Part shown: positions 62,681 to 64,000 of the stretch, one piece after another | Layout of the letters: each line of letters opens with the position of its first letter | How positions within the stretch are numbered: the stretch's first letter is position 1 | Origin: an uncultured Anaerolineales bacterium | Lineage (GTDB): Bacteria; Chloroflexota; Anaerolineae; Anaerolineales; UBA11858 | Direction of reading: 5' to 3' | Length of the DNA stretch: 64,000 nucleotides | Assembly: GCA_964457375.1 (NCBI GenBank) | Contig: CAYWFK010000001.1 | Location: 12,894 to 76,893, forward strand | Position numbers and translations under genes: made by a program | The notes under the pieces: model-generated | Databases searched by the model: none | The model's input: the letters and a program-made list of their open reading frames with translations, nothing else | Told to the model about the DNA's origin: nothing

Positions 62681-64000
62681 TTAACTTTCTTCAGAAAGTT
62701 TTGCGAGCGGAATGGTAAAAAGGAACGTGCTGCCTTCGCCTTCTGTGCTTTCTACCCAAATTACCCCGTTATGTGCCTCGATGATATGCCGGGAAATGGC
62801 CAGCCCCAAACCGGTACCGCCACCGGTTCTTGCCCGATCCGTTTTGTAAAAGCGCTCGAAGACTCTGGGCAAATCATCCGCGGGGATTCCAATGCCGGTA
62901 TCCTGAATGGAAAAGAGGATGGTTTGCCCTTTTTTGCGGGTGGAGATTGTGATTTTTCCGGGAGGGGGTGTGAACTTGATTGCGTTGTGAATCAGGTTGA
63001 CCAGCACTTGCTCCAGGCGGGGTTTGTCAGCCCGCACTTTCTCATTGCCATCATGGATGTCTACCTCGATTTCCAGCCCTACTCTTTGCGCCTGGACGAT
63101 GAGCCGCTCGACAGCGGAGGTGATTAATCCCTGTGGTGAAACAGGTGCAAATTGAAATGGTACCTGCCCGGATTCGATTCGTGTCAATTCCAGCAGTTCC
63201 GAAACCATGTGGCTCAATGCATCGACTTCGGTCACCATTCTGTCAAGGAAACGGCGGGCAGCCGGAGGGTCTTCAAGCGCACCGGCTTGCAGGGTTTCGG
63301 TGAGGGCTTTCAGCGATGCCAATGGGGTGCGTAATTCGTGAGAAATGTTGCTGACGAAATCCCGCCTGACTGTTTCCAGATGGCGGATGCGGGTGAGGTC
63401 CTGAAAGAGCAGCAGGATTTGCCCGTTCAGCGAATCGCCCAATGGAATGGCGATACTTTGGATGAATTTTTGCTGAAGGGTCAGCTCGATGGCACTGGAT
63501 TCTTTCGAACCGGAATCATGGCAGGTTTGCCAGAGATTGATTAATTCGTAGTGCCGAAGCACCTCGGCAACCGACGGCTGGCGCCAATTTTCGATTGTGA
63601 CACCAAACATGGATTCGGCTGCCCGGTTCATCAGGGTGACAATTCCCTGTTCATCGACAATCAATACCCCGTCGGTCATCTGCTGGAGAATTGCGGAGAG
63701 TTTTTCACGGTCGGTTTGCAATGCGGAGAGTTTGTTTTTCAGGTTTTCCGTAATGGTATTGATTGTTTCGGCAAGTGTGTGTTCGACCCCGTGGTATTCG
63801 TGAGCCGGTATTTTATCCCCGGATGTTGCTGTGTTCAGTTGCCGGGCTGCTTGGGCAAGTTTTCGGATTTGTTCCGATGTTTTGGACGAGATGCCGGAAA
63901 CGACGAATACGGCAAGTGCGGAAATCAGAAGACATGCGCCAAAAATGATTTGCCGGATGGTGTTAATCGATGAAATGATTTGGTCGTAAGGACGGGCAAG
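62681..64000 (-). CDS. phoR: PhoR-like sensor histidine kinase (TM-HAMP-PAS-HisKA-HATPase). The 5' end is off the window.
   Basis: The frame stays open to position 64000 (LARPYDQIISSINTIRQIIFGACLLISALAVFVV...), and the track's M at 63721 is an internal TTG. H-box FVSNISHELRTPL, plus N, G1 (DTGIGI) and G2 (GGTGLGL) boxes. Confidence 0.85.
   Translation of the reverse strand, partial: LARPYDQIISSINTIRQIIFGACLLISALAVFVVSGISSKTSEQIRKLAQAARQLNTATSGDKIPAHEYHGVEHTLAETINTITENLKNKLSALQTDREKLSAILQQMTDGVLIVDEQGIVTLMNRAAESMFGVTIENWRQPSVAEVLRHYELINLWQTCHDSGSKESSAIELTLQQKFIQSIAIPLGDSLNGQILLLFQDLTRIRHLETVRRDFVSNISHELRTPLASLKALTETLQAGALEDPPAARRFLDRMVTEVDALSHMVSELLELTRIESGQVPFQFAPVSPQGLITSAVERLIVQAQRVGLEIEVDIHDGNEKVRADKPRLEQVLVNLIHNAIKFTPPPGKITISTRKKGQTILFSIQDTGIGIPADDLPRVFERFYKTDRARTGGGTGLGLAISRHIIEAHNGVIWVESTEGEGSTFLFTIPLAKLSEES

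Noticed and set aside
1-64000. I scanned the whole window for CRISPR arrays, tRNA/rRNA genes, transposases or integrases, prophage genes and known defence-system genes
   Set aside because: I recognised none by eye. The only sizeable DNA repeats are the 840-bp duplication at the left end and short intragenic tandem repeats. tRNA and ncRNA detection by eye is unreliable and should be repeated with tRNAscan-SE or Infernal.

Overview
This 64-kb window is a chromosomal segment with about 60 protein-coding genes. I saw no rRNA, tRNA, CRISPR array, transposase or integrase by eye. Gene content and order look like a monoderm-type bacterium: Asp23-NusB, S6-SSB-S18, SufR/SufT plus SufCBD-SufS-SufU, DUF948-YtxH, lipobox lipoproteins and many ATGA-coupled genes. 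A Chloroflexota/Anaerolineae-like origin is only an inference.

Layout, left to right:
- A LacI-PfkB-sugar-binding-protein operon. Its binding-protein gene carries a perfect in-frame 1272-bp-period tandem duplication and runs off the window start.
- Membrane and phosphoesterase genes, a ParB/Srx-USP fusion, a tungsten/molybdenum aldehyde:ferredoxin oxidoreductase, and Nnr.
- A FadR-controlled AGPS-like flavoenzyme/GlpD pair.
- A V4R protein and a large multi-CBM lipoprotein.
- tatA/tatC, nusB, fabG/fabD, rpmF, and prfB with its +1 frameshift.
- ftsY, moaC, a moaD-moaE fusion, a ThrC-like gene, fabF, rnc, smc and rph.
- The S6 operon and a complete SUF system.
- phoU and a partial PhoR-like kinase at the window end.

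The most unusual locus is a tightly packed minus-strand operon at about 52.3-61.3 kb:
- A DUF2207-like membrane protein ends in GGGGGCACACACAGCACACAGGGR. It is followed 15 nt later by a radical-SAM/SPASM enzyme with a PqqD/RRE-like N-terminal domain.
- Next come an M20 hydrolase, a CDP-alcohol phosphatidyltransferase, an LpxL/PatA-type acyltransferase and a variant PAP2 phosphatase.
- The operon ends with a paralogue of the radical-SAM enzyme that has lost all cluster-binding cysteines, and a SAM methyltransferase.
- I know of no described pathway that combines a RiPP-type maturase with phospholipid-building enzymes in this way.

All functional calls come from reading motifs in the translations. 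No database search was run.
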